From an uncultured Gammaproteobacteria bacterium (GTDB lineage Bacteria; Patescibacteriota; Microgenomatia; Daviesbacterales; UBA10151), in contig CAZJNI010000004.1 in NCBI GenBank assembly GCA_964547465.1, positions 19,927 through 83,926 of the forward strand: a stretch of DNA of 64,000 nucleotides, given 5' to 3'. The notes under the pieces were generated by a model. It was not told the origin of the DNA. It worked only from the letters and a program-made list of their open reading frames with translations, and did not search any database. Below, one piece after another: positions 1 to 11,703 of the stretch (position 1 is the first letter of the stretch; every line of letters begins with the position of its first letter). A program made the translations under genes and the position numbers.

Positions 1-457
1 AAACAATTTTTCCAGCTTTATCTCCAGTAATAAAAGAGAAACTGTTGCTCCGTATAGCAAATTTAGTATTTCTGTCCCCAGATTAAAAATTGATAATTTA
101 TCCGTGGATGTTGATAGTAATGATTTGTCTAATGGTTTAGCACACCTGCCGGGTACTTCTTTACCGGGTGAGAAAGGCAATGTTTTTATTTCAGGACATT
201 CTGCCTTAAGTCCAATATTTAGTTTTAAAACAGCTGCTTTTGCTAAACTGCAAGATTTAAAAAAAGGAGATCAAATCATTTTGCAGGCAGAAGGTACAGA
301 GTTTAGCTACCTTGTGGAGGAACTTAAAGTGGTGGACCCTAAAGATTTGTCTGTGATAAATCCTCCGGATAAAAGAGGCAGGTTTATTACTTTAATGACT
401 TGTGTCCCACCGGGATTAAACTTTAAAAGATTAGTGGTTTTGGGTAAGCTGATATGA
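1..457 (+). CDS. Sortase-family transpeptidase, 5'-truncated by window edge (open frame continues to position 2)
   Basis: C-terminal region with HLPGT-LPGEKGN-ISGH and the TLMTCVP motif resembling the sortase TLxTC catalytic Cys box. Confidence 0.55.
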   Translation, partial: NNFSSFISSNKRETVAPYSKFSISVPRLKIDNLSVDVDSNDLSNGLAHLPGTSLPGEKGNVFISGHSALSPIFSFKTAAFAKLQDLKKGDQIILQAEGTEFSYLVEELKVVDPKDLSVINPPDKRGRFITLMTCVPPGLNFKRLVVLGKLI

Positions 458-831
458 AATATTTAGGTGTAGATTTTGGATTAAGAAGAATCGGACTGGC
501 TACATCAGATGGTATTCTTTCTGCCCCTTTTAAAGTATTAGAAGTTAAGAATTTAAATGATGCTGTTTTAAAAGTTGAGGAAACTATTAGAGACGGATCT
601 TTTGATAAAGTAGTAGTCGGATTACCGGAAGGAAAGATGGGACAGGCTGTTCTCGGATTTATTAATAAATTAAGAAAAAGCGGAATAGATATTATAGAAG
701 TTGATGAAACGCTGTCTTCCAAGAAAGCTTTAGAGCAGATGATAGAATTAAATATTCCTAAGGAGAAAAGGAAAGTTAATGACGATATTGCAGCTGCCAT
801 AATTTTACAAAACTATCTAGATCAATTATGA
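454..831 (+). CDS. ruvX: Holliday junction resolvase-like YqgF/RuvX
   Basis: N-terminal LGVDFGLRRIGLA motif typical of YqgF/RuvX (RNase H-like fold), ~125 aa. Confidence 0.7.
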   Translation: MKYLGVDFGLRRIGLATSDGILSAPFKVLEVKNLNDAVLKVEETIRDGSFDKVVVGLPEGKMGQAVLGFINKLRKSGIDIIEVDETLSSKKALEQMIELNIPKEKRKVNDDIAAAIILQNYLDQL

Positions 832-1784
832 AAAAGATCATAACTTTTATAATTCTCATAATTATTATAATTTTTATATTAAGAGGTTGGTGGCAATCTC
901 AACTTGGTCCAGTTTCTTCTGATAATAAATCAGTAGTATTTGTAATAGATAAAGGTGAGGGATTTTCTCAAGTTACTGATGATTTAAAAAAAGCAAAACT
1001 GATTAAAAACCCTTTAGTTTTTTCTTTGTATGGAAAACAATCCGGATTGGCAGGAAGAATACAAGCCGGAACATTTAGACTATCTCCCTCTGAATCTTCA
1101 CAGCAAATCCTTAAGGTTTTAACTGACAATCCGCTGGATACATGGATAACCTTAATTGAGGGATGGAGAATAGAGGAGATGGCAGATGTTTTAAGTTCAA
1201 AGTTCAAAATTCAAAGTTCAAAGTTTTTAAAAATAGCCAAAGAGGGTTATATGTTTCCGGATACATATCTTTTTTCAAATGATGTGACAGAAGAGCAAAT
1301 AGCAAAAAGATTAAGAGACACTTTTGACTTAAAATTTACTAAAGATTTAAAAGATAAAATTAAAGCCAAAGGTTTAACTGAAAATCAGGGTGTAATTTTA
1401 GCATCAATTGTGGAAAGAGAAGCCAGATCAGATAAGGTAAGGCAGGAGGTAGCCTCTATTTTACTGAAAAGATTTAAAATTGGCATGGGGCTTAATGCTG
1501 ATGCCACAATCCAATATGCGCTGGGATATCAACCCCAAGAAAAAAGTTGGTGGAAAAGGCATTTAAGTCATGAAGATCTGACTATTAATTCTCCCTACAA
1601 TACATATATCCATTCAGGGTTGCCCCCAACCCCGATTTCTAATCCAGGATTATCCTCGCTTCAAGCAGTGGCTAATGCAGATCCCGCCACTCCATATTTA
1701 TATTATTATCATGATTCAAAAGGTAATTCCTATTATGCGAAGTCGCTAGACGAGCATAATGCAAATGTGGCAAATCACCCATAA
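828..1784 (+). CDS. mltG: YceG/MltG-like endolytic murein transglycosylase
   Basis: N-terminal TM helix, 318 aa, YceG-like domain architecture; start overlaps ruvX stop. Confidence 0.65.
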   Translation: MKKIITFIILIIIIIFILRGWWQSQLGPVSSDNKSVVFVIDKGEGFSQVTDDLKKAKLIKNPLVFSLYGKQSGLAGRIQAGTFRLSPSESSQQILKVLTDNPLDTWITLIEGWRIEEMADVLSSKFKIQSSKFLKIAKEGYMFPDTYLFSNDVTEEQIAKRLRDTFDLKFTKDLKDKIKAKGLTENQGVILASIVEREARSDKVRQEVASILLKRFKIGMGLNADATIQYALGYQPQEKSWWKRHLSHEDLTINSPYNTYIHSGLPPTPISNPGLSSLQAVANADPATPYLYYYHDSKGNSYYAKSLDEHNANVANHP

Positions 1785-1790
1785 CTTCAG

Positions 1791-2243
1791 ATGAAAAAGC
1801 ATTTTACTGCAACTGTTTATATTGTCTCCAAAATTGATAATGAATATAAAGTTTTGCTTCATTATCATAAAAAGCTTAAAATCTGGATTGCAATTGGAGG
1901 ACATGTTGAAAAAAATGAAAACCCGATAGAGACTGCTTTAAGAGAAGTTAAAGAAGAAACAAATCTTAAAATTAAAATTTTAAATAATAAAAAGCTTTTA
2001 AAATTAAAAGGAATAAATGAGATTATCTTGCCTGTTGCGGTAGTTGAAGAAGATGTCCCGGAATACTGGGATGAACCTTTCCACCAACATATAGATCTAA
2101 TTTATTTCGCATTTTGTGAAAATCCAAAGAAATTAAAAATGGAAGAAGAATCCAGGTGGTTTTCCAAAAAAGATTTAAAATCAGCTCATTTAAATAAAGA
2201 AGTGCTAATATTGGCGGAAAGAGCACTAGATTCTTATGTTTAA
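1791..2243 (+). CDS. NUDIX hydrolase
   Basis: Nudix box GGHVEKNENPIETALREVKEETNL (GX5EX7REUXEEXGU). Confidence 0.7.
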   Translation: MKKHFTATVYIVSKIDNEYKVLLHYHKKLKIWIAIGGHVEKNENPIETALREVKEETNLKIKILNNKKLLKLKGINEIILPVAVVEEDVPEYWDEPFHQHIDLIYFAFCENPKKLKMEEESRWFSKKDLKSAHLNKEVLILAERALDSYV

Positions 2244-2604
2244 TTTTTGGGGGAAGGTTAGAAAAGCAAATCTTAGGGGAAGAAAATTAGGATTTCCAAC
2301 TGCCAATGTATCTTTGCATAAAAATATTCCAGAAGGAATCTATATTTCTAAAATTACTTTGGATGGGAAGAAGTATCAGTCAGTAACTTTTATTGGGGTA
2401 GCAAAAACTTTTGGAGAGAAAAGATTTCATTCCGAAACTTATATTTTGGATTTTAAGAAAGAAATTTATGGTAAATGGATTTCTGTGGAACTAATTAAAA
2501 AAATCAGAGGAAATATAAAGTTTAATTCGGCAGAAGAGTTAATTAAACAAATGAAGAACGATGAAAAGATAGCAAGAAAATATTTTTACCTCTTGACTAG
2601 GTAG
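2236..2604 (+). CDS. Riboflavin kinase domain protein (RibF C-terminal domain-like, monofunctional)
   Basis: GRKLGFPTANV motif of riboflavin kinase; only ~120 aa, no FAD synthetase domain. Confidence 0.55.
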   Translation: MFNFWGKVRKANLRGRKLGFPTANVSLHKNIPEGIYISKITLDGKKYQSVTFIGVAKTFGEKRFHSETYILDFKKEIYGKWISVELIKKIRGNIKFNSAEELIKQMKNDEKIARKYFYLLTR

Positions 2605-2735
2605 TTTCCTTATGGTAAATTAAGATTAATTAAAGAGAAATTTCGGAGGCGTACGGTAACGTATGCTTCATTTTGTTGACTCGTAGATATAGAAGGATAT
2701 TGACGAGCAAGACTGCCCGGTCTGGCCATCTACTA

Positions 2736-5700
2736 ATGTCTTTACAACTTGTTGATAATAAAACTATACGTAAATCATGGAATAAAGCACCCACTTTAAC
2801 CCCACAGCTAAACTTAATAAAAATTCAACTTGATTCATATAATTGGTTTCTAACAGAAGGTATAAGAGAAGTTTTGGATGAGATTTCCCCGGTTGAGGAT
2901 TTCACCGGCAAAAATTGGTCTTTGGAACTTGGAGGTTTTTCATTTGGTAAACCCAAATATACTCCGGATTTGGCAAAAGAAAAGGGCGTCACATATGACG
3001 CTCCTTTAAAAATTGAGGCTATTTTAGTTAATAAACAAACTGGCGATAGGGGTAAGCAAGAAGTTTTCTTAGGTGATATTCCCCAGATGACCGAGAAAGG
3101 AACCTTCATTATAAATGGGGTAGAAAGAGTCATTATTAATCAATTGGTCCGCTCTCCCGGAGTATTCTTTTCTGCAACTGATGATCCAATTACCGGAAGA
3201 AGGCTTTATTCAGCAGAGGTTAGACCATATAGAGGTTCCTGGTTGGAATTTTCAATTTCCCGAACCGGTGTTTTAACTGCCAAAATAGACAGAAGAAGAA
3301 AATTTGCGGCTACAACCTTACTTCGAGCTTTAGGCTTTTCAGATTCGGAGTCAATAATGCAGCTATTTAGTGATGTGGATACAACTGAAGATAAATATAT
3401 TGAAACAACTTTGAGTAAAGATCCAACCATAAACTCTGATGAAGCTCTTTTGGAAATTTTTAGAAAAATGCGTCCAGGTGATCCGGTTGTTTTGGATAAT
3501 GCCAAAGCTTTACTTGAAGGAATGTTTTTTAACTCCAGACGTTACAATTTAACAAAAGTTGGCAGGTTTAAAATTAACAAAAGACTGGGATTGGATATTG
3601 CAAATACTTTAGAGAATTGGATTTTGACCAATAATGATATTATTGCCACTTTAAAATATTTAATTAAATTAGCAAATGGTGAAGGAAAAGTGGATGATAT
3701 TGACCATTTAGCAAACAGAAGAGTCAGGTGTGCCGGGGAACTGGTACAGCAAAACGCCTTTAGGATCGGAGTTTTGAGACTTGAGAGAATTATTAAAGAG
3801 CGAATGAGCTTAACAACAGCTGATCAAGAACCCACCCCAGGTGGGTTAATTAATGCCAAACCGGTGATTGCTGCTATTAATGAATTTTTCCGCTCATCTC
3901 AACTATCCAGCATTTTGGATCAGGTAAATCCGCTATCTGAATTAGATCATTTAAGAAGATTATCTGTGATGGGTGCAGGTGGGATAACCCGTGATAGGGC
4001 CAGCTTTTCTGTCCGTGATATTAACCATTCTCAATACGGCAGGATTGATCCTATCCGTTCTCCTGAAGGACAAAATATTGGTTTGGTAACCTATTTAGCC
4101 CTTTATGCCAGAATTAATGAGTACGGATTTTTGGAAACTCCATATAGAAGGGTCGTTTTAGAGCGGGGTAAGCCCAGAATGACTGATGATGTAGTGTATA
4201 TTACAGCTGATGATGAAGAAGATTATCATATAACGGAGGCAACAGTTAACACCGATACAAAAGGTAATATTTTAGACGATCGGGTTCCCATCAGATATCA
4301 GGGAAATTTTTTTGAAGGGGAATCTAAACAGGTCTCTTTGATTGATATCTCACCTCAACAAATCTTTGGAACCTCAGCCGCTTTAATTCCATTTTTAGCA
4401 AATGATGATGCAAACAGGGCTTTAATGGGAACTCAAATGCAGTGCCAGGCAGTGCCTCTTCTTAACCCTTCTGCTCCAATTGTTGGAACCGGGATGGAGC
4501 GAATTGTGGCGGATAATATGGGAAGAGTTGTTAGAGCACCTGAAGATGGGGTGATAGTGGCTGTTGATGGTAAAAAACTTATTCTTGAAGGTAGGAAGGA
4601 TGAGTATAAATATGAGATAAAAAAATTTATCCACTCACCTCAAGGAACTTGTTATTCTCAAAAACCGGCTGTAAAGTTAGGACAAAAGATTAAAAAGGGT
4701 GATCTGTTAGTTGATGGTGCAGCTACCCAAAATGGTGAGTTGGCTTTGGGACAAAATCTTCTGATTGCTTACATGAGTTTTGAAGGATTAGGCTATGAAG
4801 ATGCTATTGTAATTTCAGATAGATTGGTTAGGCAGGATCTTTTAACTTCAATCCATATTGAGGAATATGAGGTTGATGTGGTGGAAACAAAGCTTGGACC
4901 GGAAGAACTAACCCGGGATATTCCAAACGTATCTGAAGATGCATTGAGAAACTTAGATGAGCGGGGAATTGTCAGTATTGGTGCTGAAGTTTTGCCAAAT
5001 GATATTTTGGTTGGCAAAGTTCAGCCTAAAGGTGAGACAGAGTTGACTGCCGAAGAAAGGCTGCTTCGTGCAATTTTTGGAGAAAAAGCCAAAGAAGTAA
5101 GAGACACTTCCTTGAGAGTTCCTCATGGAGAAAGAGGTACTGTAATTGGAGTTCAAATTTTATCCAGGGAAGAGGAAGATGAGCTGGATACAGGAACATT
5201 AATGAGAATTAAGGTTAAAGTTGCCCAAATGAGAAAAGTAACTGAAGGAGATAAGCTGGCAGGAAGGCATGGAAATAAAGGGGTTATCTCTCGAATCGTC
5301 CCGGTATCTGACATGCCGCATTTAGAAGATGGAACACCGGTTGATATTATTATTTCTCCCTTGTCTGTTTTATCCCGTATGAATTTAGGACAACTTCTGG
5401 AAACTCATTGGGGTTTTGCTGCAGAAAAATTGGGTTATAAAATTGCCGCCCCGGTTTTTGAGAAAATGCCGGAGGAAATGTTAATTGCCGAGCTTAAAAA
5501 GGCAGGTTTGCCTACTGATGGAAAAGTCAGACTGATCGATGGGAGAACCGGTCAGGCTTTTGATAACACTATTGTGGTTGGTAGAAATTACATCTTAAAA
5601 CTGATCCATATGGTGGAGGAGAAAATTCATGCCCGCTCCACCGGACCATATTCTTTAGTAACTCAACAGCCTTTGGGCGGAAAAGCACAAATGGGAGGAC

Positions 5701-6077
5701 AAAGATTGGGAGAGATGGAAGTTTGGGCGCTGGAGGCTTATGGTGCTGCACATATTTTGCAGGAGATGCTGACCATAAAATCTGATGATGTGGTGGGAAG
5801 GGCTAAAGCTTTTGAGGCAATTGTTAAGGGAATAGATATTCCACAAGCTTTAATCCCTGAATCATTTAAGGTTTTGGTAAAAGAGTTGCAGGCACTAGGT
5901 TTAAATGTTGAGACACTGGGGGCAAAGATAGTTCAGGCACTGGAAGTCGAGGAAAAGAAAGTTGTTTTGGAAGAAGTGGCAGAGCTGGCGCAGGTTTTGG
6001 ATGCGAAAGAGACAGCAACAGATGAAGAACTTAGCGCTGAAGGAAGCAATTTTGAATTAGTGGAGGGGAATAAATGA
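2736..6077 (+). CDS. rpoB: DNA-directed RNA polymerase subunit beta
   Basis: Full-length RpoB homology (fork, rifampicin-region, catalytic motifs); ORF opens at 2673 but conserved N-terminus (LIKIQLDSYNWF) indicates start at MSLQ ~2736. Confidence 0.95.
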   Translation: MSLQLVDNKTIRKSWNKAPTLTPQLNLIKIQLDSYNWFLTEGIREVLDEISPVEDFTGKNWSLELGGFSFGKPKYTPDLAKEKGVTYDAPLKIEAILVNKQTGDRGKQEVFLGDIPQMTEKGTFIINGVERVIINQLVRSPGVFFSATDDPITGRRLYSAEVRPYRGSWLEFSISRTGVLTAKIDRRRKFAATTLLRALGFSDSESIMQLFSDVDTTEDKYIETTLSKDPTINSDEALLEIFRKMRPGDPVVLDNAKALLEGMFFNSRRYNLTKVGRFKINKRLGLDIANTLENWILTNNDIIATLKYLIKLANGEGKVDDIDHLANRRVRCAGELVQQNAFRIGVLRLERIIKERMSLTTADQEPTPGGLINAKPVIAAINEFFRSSQLSSILDQVNPLSELDHLRRLSVMGAGGITRDRASFSVRDINHSQYGRIDPIRSPEGQNIGLVTYLALYARINEYGFLETPYRRVVLERGKPRMTDDVVYITADDEEDYHITEATVNTDTKGNILDDRVPIRYQGNFFEGESKQVSLIDISPQQIFGTSAALIPFLANDDANRALMGTQMQCQAVPLLNPSAPIVGTGMERIVADNMGRVVRAPEDGVIVAVDGKKLILEGRKDEYKYEIKKFIHSPQGTCYSQKPAVKLGQKIKKGDLLVDGAATQNGELALGQNLLIAYMSFEGLGYEDAIVISDRLVRQDLLTSIHIEEYEVDVVETKLGPEELTRDIPNVSEDALRNLDERGIVSIGAEVLPNDILVGKVQPKGETELTAEERLLRAIFGEKAKEVRDTSLRVPHGERGTVIGVQILSREEEDELDTGTLMRIKVKVAQMRKVTEGDKLAGRHGNKGVISRIVPVSDMPHLEDGTPVDIIISPLSVLSRMNLGQLLETHWGFAAEKLGYKIAAPVFEKMPEEMLIAELKKAGLPTDGKVRLIDGRTGQAFDNTIVVGRNYILKLIHMVEEKIHARSTGPYSLVTQQPLGGKAQMGGQRLGEMEVWALEAYGAAHILQEMLTIKSDDVVGRAKAFEAIVKGIDIPQALIPESFKVLVKELQALGLNVETLGAKIVQALEVEEKKVVLEEVAELAQVLDAKETATDEELSAEGSNFELVEGNK

Positions 6078-9000
6078 ACGATCTTTTGGATTTTGAAAGT
6101 TTAAAATTAACAGTTGCTTCAGCTGAACAAATCAGATCATGGTCTTTTGGTGAGGTTACAAAGCCTGAAACTATAAATTACCGGACTTTGAAAGCTGAAA
6201 AAGACGGCCTGTTTTCAGAAAATATCTTTGGTCCTACCAAGGATTATGAGTGTTACTGTGGAAAATATAAAAGGATCAGGTATAGAGGGGTAATTTGTGA
6301 TAAGTGTGGAGTTGAAGTAACCCAATCCAAAGTCAGACGTGAGAGAATGGGCCATATTAATTTAGCCTCACCGGTTGCCCATACCTGGTTTGTTAAAGGT
6401 GCCCCATCAAAGTTGTCTTTGATCCTGGACATATCTCCTAAAAATCTGGAAGCTGTGGTTTATTTTGCTTCATATTTAATTATTGCAGTTGATCCGGAGG
6501 GAAAAGCGCAAGCTTTACAAAAATTGGATAAAGATCTGTCAGCTAAAATGGAAGAGTTTAAAAAAGTGTTAGATAAAAATATTAAGGGTCTGGAAGATTT
6601 GCTGAAAAAAGATCTGTCTGATCTTAAGAAAAAACTTGATAAGCAAAGCTTGCCTTCTAAAGAAGGGAAAGAAAAATTTGAGTTGGAAGCACAAGAGATG
6701 GAGCTTAAAGGCAGGCATGAAATTCAAAAACTACGTGATAATCATATAGTTGAGCTGGGACAGCTGGAAAATATCTATAAAGCGGTTTCGGATTTGGTTA
6801 AAAGTGTTATTCCCTCAAAGCTTTTGTCAGAGGAGGAATATTATAAACTTTCAGAATACGGAGTTTCGGAGTTTTTGAGCGTAGGGATGGGTGCAGAAAG
6901 CTTACTTGAGGTATTAAAAAAACTTGATTTGGATAAGCTTTCTGCTTATCTGCGGGATGAAGTTAGAAAATCAACAGGTCAAAAACATATTAAAGCTACC
7001 AAAAGACTTCGGATTGTTGAAGGTATGCGTTCTGCTTCGATTTTGCCTGAATGGTTAATTATCAAAGTCTTACCAATTTTGCCGCCTGATCTTCGTCCAA
7101 TGGTTCAGCTTCCTGGAGGCAGGTTTGCCACATCTGATCTTAATGATTTATACAGAAGAGTAATTAATAGAAACAACAGACTAAATAGATTAATTAATTT
7201 AGGTGCACCGGAAATTATTTTGCGTAATGAAAAGAGAATGCTTCAGGAGGCAGTCGACTCATTGATTGATGCTTCATCCAGATCATCCAGAAGGGGGGGG
7301 CCGGTACTTGCGCATAATTTAAGATCGCTTTCAGATATGTTAAGAGGCAAACAGGGAAGATTTAGACAGAACCTTTTGGGTAAGCGAGTTGATTATTCCG
7401 GAAGATCAGTGATTGTGGTTGGTCCTAAATTAAAACTGGAACAGGTGGGTTTACCAAAAGAGATGGCTTTGGAGATGTTTAAGCCGTTTGTCTTAAGAGA
7501 AGTTATTGCCAGAGGTTTGGCATCCAATGTAAAGGGAGCAAAAAATGTTTTGGAGGCACGGCTTGCTGAAGTTTGGGATATTTTGGAAGAAATTATCACC
7601 GGGCATCCGATCCTTATAAACCGTGCTCCCACTTTGCATAGATTAGGTATTCAGGCATTTTTCCCTATTTTGGTTGACGGAAATGCCATTCAGATTCATC
7701 CTTGTATTTGTGCCGGATTTAATGCTGATTTTGACGGAGATCAAATGGCAATCCATGTACCGCTGTCACAAAAAGCTCAAGATGAGGCTAAAAGTTTAAT
7801 GATGGCCAGAGAAAATATTTTCGGCCCGGCTCATGGTCAACCGATTACTGTACCGAATAGAGAAATGGCTTTGGGTTGCTATTACCTGACCTATATTTCA
7901 AATGCGGATATGGAAAAAGAAGCAATACCTTTTGTATCTGCTGATGATGCAGTCAGGGCATACAACTTAGGCAAAATCAAAGTGCAGCAGAAAATTAAAG
8001 TTAAGATAAGCGGTCAAGTTTTAGAGACATCTGTGGGGAGAATTCTTTTTAATCAGGTTTTGCCGGAAAGTATGCCTTTTCTAAACTCTGTTGTTAAAGG
8101 AATTACCATCAGAGATATTATTCTTAAAGCCACAGAAACTTTTTCGAAAGAGGAAGTTTCGGAAATTATAGACAAGATTAAAACTGTTGGGTTTATGGGC
8201 GCAACAATAGCCGGGATTTCAATTTCTATTTTTGATGCCAAAGTAGTTCCTGATAAACAAAGATATTTGGATTTGGCAGAGGAAGAAATTGAAAAAATCG
8301 AAGGAAATGTTGCCAAAGGATTAATTACTCCGCAGGAAAAATCACAACTCTCACAGATGGTTTGGATCAAAACTACTGAAGATTTGGCAAATTCAACCTG
8401 GGACTTTTTGGGACCGCAAAATCCAATCAGGATGATGGTTGAGGCAGGAGCCAGAGGCTCAAGAGATCAGGCAAAACAACTCTCTGCCATGAGAGGTTTA
8501 TCTACAGATCCAACAGGTAAAATTGTGGAGCTGCCAACAAAATCAAACTACAGACAAGGCTTATCTGTTTTTGAATACTTTACATCTGCCAGAGGAGCCA
8601 GAAAAGGAGTGGCAGATAAAGCCTTAAAAACAGCTGATGCAGGATATTTAACCAGAAGGCTTGTTGATATTGCCCATGATGTAATTATAAGGAAGGAAGA
8701 TTGCGGAACAAAAGAGGGGCTTTTGTATGATATTTCCAAAAGTTCATTTAATACAGCCAGGGAGAAGCTTTTGGGTAGAATGATTTTGGAAAATGTAACT
8801 GAAGGTAAGAGTCGCAAAGTCTTGTTTAAATCAGGAGTAATTTTAACAGAAGGATTGATACAAACTCTGATAAAATCAGGTGTAACTGAAGTTATGGCAA
8901 GGTCTCCCTTAACTTGTGCTGCAACTTATGGAATTTGTATTGCCTGTTATGGGTTTGATCTAACAACCCGGGAAATGGTTAAGATTGGTACTCCTGTTGG

Positions 9001-9793
9001 AGTTGTAGCTGCACAAGCTATTGGTGAGCCTGGAACACAGCTGACCATGAGGACTTTTCATACAGGAGGAATTGTTGGGTTGGATATTACTCAAGGCCTT
9101 CCCAGGGTTGAAGAACTCTACGAGGCAAGAACTCCTAAGGTGGTGGCCCCGCTCTCTGAAATTGCCGGAAAAGTTTCTATTTTAGAAACTGAATTGGGAG
9201 TTAGAGTTAGGGTTAGAACAACCTCAAAGCCGCACGAGGAAAGAGAATATATTATTCCTGTCACAGCCACACTGTTGGTTGAAGAAGATCAATTAATTGA
9301 TGCAGGTACTATTTTGGCATCTGGTCATATTGATGTCAAAGAAATACTGCGCGTTCAGGGACTGAAAGCAGCTCAAAGATATATTGTAGATGAGGTAAGA
9401 TCTGTTTATGAATCACAAGGAGTGCCAATTAACGAGAAGCATTTTGAAGTTATTGTTAGAAAAATGTCTGATAAGGTTAGGATTGAATCACAAGGAGATA
9501 CTAACCTTTTGCCTGGTGAAATTATAGACCAGATTAAATTTGAGGATGAAAATAAAAGAGTTTTGGCTAGTGGAGGGGAACCTTCCACAGCAGAAGTTGT
9601 AATACTCGGGATAACCAGGGCTTCGCTACAAACAGAAAGCTTCTTATCTGCTGCATCTTTTCAGGAAACAACAACTATTTTATCTGATGCAGCTATTCAG
9701 GGAAAATCTGATAAACTATTAGGCTTGAAGGAAAATGTTATAATTGGACGTCTAATCCCAACCAGTGTTGAAAGAGCTATGTTAGAAAGATAA
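6074..9793 (+). CDS. rpoC: DNA-directed RNA polymerase subunit beta'
   Basis: Zn-finger CX2C...CX2C near N-term, NADFDGD catalytic motif, 1239 aa; overlaps rpoB stop. Confidence 0.95.
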   Translation: MNDLLDFESLKLTVASAEQIRSWSFGEVTKPETINYRTLKAEKDGLFSENIFGPTKDYECYCGKYKRIRYRGVICDKCGVEVTQSKVRRERMGHINLASPVAHTWFVKGAPSKLSLILDISPKNLEAVVYFASYLIIAVDPEGKAQALQKLDKDLSAKMEEFKKVLDKNIKGLEDLLKKDLSDLKKKLDKQSLPSKEGKEKFELEAQEMELKGRHEIQKLRDNHIVELGQLENIYKAVSDLVKSVIPSKLLSEEEYYKLSEYGVSEFLSVGMGAESLLEVLKKLDLDKLSAYLRDEVRKSTGQKHIKATKRLRIVEGMRSASILPEWLIIKVLPILPPDLRPMVQLPGGRFATSDLNDLYRRVINRNNRLNRLINLGAPEIILRNEKRMLQEAVDSLIDASSRSSRRGGPVLAHNLRSLSDMLRGKQGRFRQNLLGKRVDYSGRSVIVVGPKLKLEQVGLPKEMALEMFKPFVLREVIARGLASNVKGAKNVLEARLAEVWDILEEIITGHPILINRAPTLHRLGIQAFFPILVDGNAIQIHPCICAGFNADFDGDQMAIHVPLSQKAQDEAKSLMMARENIFGPAHGQPITVPNREMALGCYYLTYISNADMEKEAIPFVSADDAVRAYNLGKIKVQQKIKVKISGQVLETSVGRILFNQVLPESMPFLNSVVKGITIRDIILKATETFSKEEVSEIIDKIKTVGFMGATIAGISISIFDAKVVPDKQRYLDLAEEEIEKIEGNVAKGLITPQEKSQLSQMVWIKTTEDLANSTWDFLGPQNPIRMMVEAGARGSRDQAKQLSAMRGLSTDPTGKIVELPTKSNYRQGLSVFEYFTSARGARKGVADKALKTADAGYLTRRLVDIAHDVIIRKEDCGTKEGLLYDISKSSFNTAREKLLGRMILENVTEGKSRKVLFKSGVILTEGLIQTLIKSGVTEVMARSPLTCAATYGICIACYGFDLTTREMVKIGTPVGVVAAQAIGEPGTQLTMRTFHTGGIVGLDITQGLPRVEELYEARTPKVVAPLSEIAGKVSILETELGVRVRVRTTSKPHEEREYIIPVTATLLVEEDQLIDAGTILASGHIDVKEILRVQGLKAAQRYIVDEVRSVYESQGVPINEKHFEVIVRKMSDKVRIESQGDTNLLPGEIIDQIKFEDENKRVLASGGEPSTAEVVILGITRASLQTESFLSAASFQETTTILSDAAIQGKSDKLLGLKENVIIGRLIPTSVERAMLER

Positions 9794-9798
9794 GGATC

Positions 9799-10302
9799 AT
9801 GCCAACCATTAATCAATTAGTTAGAAAAGGTAGAAAAGCAATTGTTAAAAAGATTAAAGCCACAGCCCTTCGCCGAAGCTTTAATGCCAAAGATAGAGCC
9901 TACACTCAAAATTTTAATCCGCAAAAGCGGGGGGTAGTTACTTTGGTTAAAACCATGACTCCAAAAAAGCCTAATTCAGCTCTTCGAAAAGTTGCCAGAG
10001 TCAGACTTTCCAACAGGACAGAGGTTACAGCATATATTCAGGGTGAAGGCCACTCGCTGGCAGAGCATGGAATTGTTTTGGTTCGGGGTGGCAGAGTTAA
10101 GGATTTGCCGGGAGTAAAATATCATTTGATTCGTGGAAAATTTGATTTGGCAGGGGTGGTCGGCAGAAAACAAGGCAGATCTATGTATGGCACAAAGAGT
10201 GGTGAAGCAGCAGTTGCGCCCAGATCTGTTGCAGCTCCAATGACAGCAGCACCTGCTGCGCCAGCAACTGGCCCCGCAAGTCCGGCAGGAGAGGCAGCTT
10301 AA
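9799..10302 (+). CDS. rpsL: 30S ribosomal protein S12 with ~35 aa Ala/Pro-rich C-terminal extension
   Basis: [11 protein letters not shown]... KKPNSALRK ... [13 protein letters not shown] motifs; tail [31 protein letters not shown] encoded by unusually GC-rich DNA. Confidence 0.9.
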   Translation: MPTINQLVRKGRKAIVKKIKATALRRSFNAKDRAYTQNFNPQKRGVVTLVKTMTPKKPNSALRKVARVRLSNRTEVTAYIQGEGHSLAEHGIVLVRGGRVKDLPGVKYHLIRGKFDLAGVVGRKQGRSMYGTKSGEAAVAPRSVAAPMTAAPAAPATGPASPAGEAA

Positions 10303-10303
10303 T

Positions 10304-10780
10304 ATGCGTTCTAAAAAGATTGAAAAAAGAATTATTGATGCAGATCCAATTTATAATTCCAGGTTGTTGGCCAAATTTATCAATAAATTGATGAGAGATG
10401 GAAAAAAGAGCATTGCCCAGACAGTTGTCTATAAAGCTTTGGACGTTATCAAAGAAAAATCACAACAAGAGGCCTTAGGTGTTTTTGAGAAAGCGCTGCA
10501 AAATATTTCCCCAAAAATGGAGGTTAAACCAAGAAGAATTGGAGGAGCTTCATATCAGGTACCGATTGAGGTACGGGGGGATAGAAAAGAAGCTTTGTCT
10601 ATCCGCTGGGTATTAGCCGGAGCAAGAGCCAGATCAAATAAGGAGTTTCACACTTTTGCAGAAAAACTAGCAGCAGAACTAATGGACGCTGCGAATAACA
10701 CAGGTTCAGCTATTAAGAAGCGTGATGATATGCAAAAAGTTGCAAATGCCAACCGTGCATTTGCCCACTTCAGATGGTAA
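10304..10780 (+). CDS. rpsG: 30S ribosomal protein S7
   Basis: S7 homology, 158 aa, immediately after rpsL. Confidence 0.9.
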   Translation: MRSKKIEKRIIDADPIYNSRLLAKFINKLMRDGKKSIAQTVVYKALDVIKEKSQQEALGVFEKALQNISPKMEVKPRRIGGASYQVPIEVRGDRKEALSIRWVLAGARARSNKEFHTFAEKLAAELMDAANNTGSAIKKRDDMQKVANANRAFAHFRW

Positions 10781-11314
10781 ATGATTACCATAATTTTTGA
10801 AGTACATTCCACTACTTTTGATAATGAGAAACATCTTTCTTCTGGACATAATGATGTAGGACTTTCTCCACTTGGTGAAAAGCAAGCAAAGGAATTAGGA
10901 CAAAGATACGAGCATGAAACTTTTGATGCTATATTCTGTTCGGATTTACAAAGATCATATAAAACAGCAGAGATAGCTTTCGGAAAAAGATTTTCAATTA
11001 TTAAAGATAAGAAATTAAGAGAATGTGATTATGGAGATTTAACTGGTCATCCATCAGATGAAGTGGATTCAGCTAAAGTGGAACATATAACTGTGCCGTT
11101 TCCTAATGGAGAATCTTATGAAGACTGTTTGAAAAGAATGAAGGAATTTTTAGATGATCTAAGACAAAAATATCACGATCGTAGTACTTTTGTCCTAATT
11201 ATTGGTCATAGAGCTACACAGTATGGATTAGAATATTTGATAAATGGAAAATCTTTAAAGGAATTAGTAACAACTCCCTTTAAATGGCAACCAGGTTTGA
11301 TTTATAGATTTTAA
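10781..11314 (+). CDS. Histidine phosphatase family protein (phosphoglycerate mutase-like), divergent active site
   Basis: Alignment to dPGM/PhoE fold: EVHSTT..DVGLSPLGEKQAKELG in place of RHGES..DVDLSEKG; second His in IIGHRATQ; canonical RHG replaced by VHS. Confidence 0.5.
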   Translation: MITIIFEVHSTTFDNEKHLSSGHNDVGLSPLGEKQAKELGQRYEHETFDAIFCSDLQRSYKTAEIAFGKRFSIIKDKKLRECDYGDLTGHPSDEVDSAKVEHITVPFPNGESYEDCLKRMKEFLDDLRQKYHDRSTFVLIIGHRATQYGLEYLINGKSLKELVTTPFKWQPGLIYRF

Positions 11315-11333
11315 AAAGTGGTAAAATAGGAGT

Positions 11334-11564
11334 ATGTCACGAGTTAATCTAGAACCAAATCCCTTAGAATCTCAATCTAAGGTAGGAGAGGTAATTAAAA
11401 CAGCCGTACATACTTTAGGTAGGCCTTTCAGAGAGGCAATCCAGCGGATATTTCCTCGTAAGAGAAGTACACGTCAGACGATAATTAGAGTTTATGATCC
11501 TCTTAGAACAGTGGGTAATCATCCAGGATCAACTTTTGATTTGCCACAGAAACCAAAAGATTGA
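11334..11564 (+). CDS. Hypothetical small protein
   Basis: 76 aa ORF between phosphatase and GreA-like gene, no recognisable motif. Confidence 0.25.
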   Translation: MSRVNLEPNPLESQSKVGEVIKTAVHTLGRPFREAIQRIFPRKRSTRQTIIRVYDPLRTVGNHPGSTFDLPQKPKD

Positions 11565-11603
11565 CCCGCGCAAATTTCTTTGAAATTTGATCGGGTTGAC
11601 TTT

Positions 11604-11660
11604 TAGGATCAAAATGTTTAGAATTAACTTGTTGCCTCCCGAGAATTGAGGGAGGCTTTT
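11604..11660 (+). promoter_or_regulatory. Sigma70-like promoter (TTGACT-17-TAGAAT) immediately followed by GC hairpin + T-run (GCCTCCC-N9-GGGAGGC-TTTTT)
   Basis: Sequence inspection 11604-11660. Confidence 0.35.
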
Positions 11661-11703
11661 TAAATATTATAAGCAAAGCTTGAAATTTTAGAAGACTAAA
11701 ATT

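Noticed and set aside
423-800. 125-aa minus-strand ORF
   Set aside because: Fully antisense to the well-supported ruvX gene; low-complexity translation, no motif.
2825-9588. Numerous 60-105-aa minus-strand ORFs inside rpoB/rpoC
   Set aside because: All antisense to RNA polymerase subunit genes with continuous conserved homology on the plus strand.
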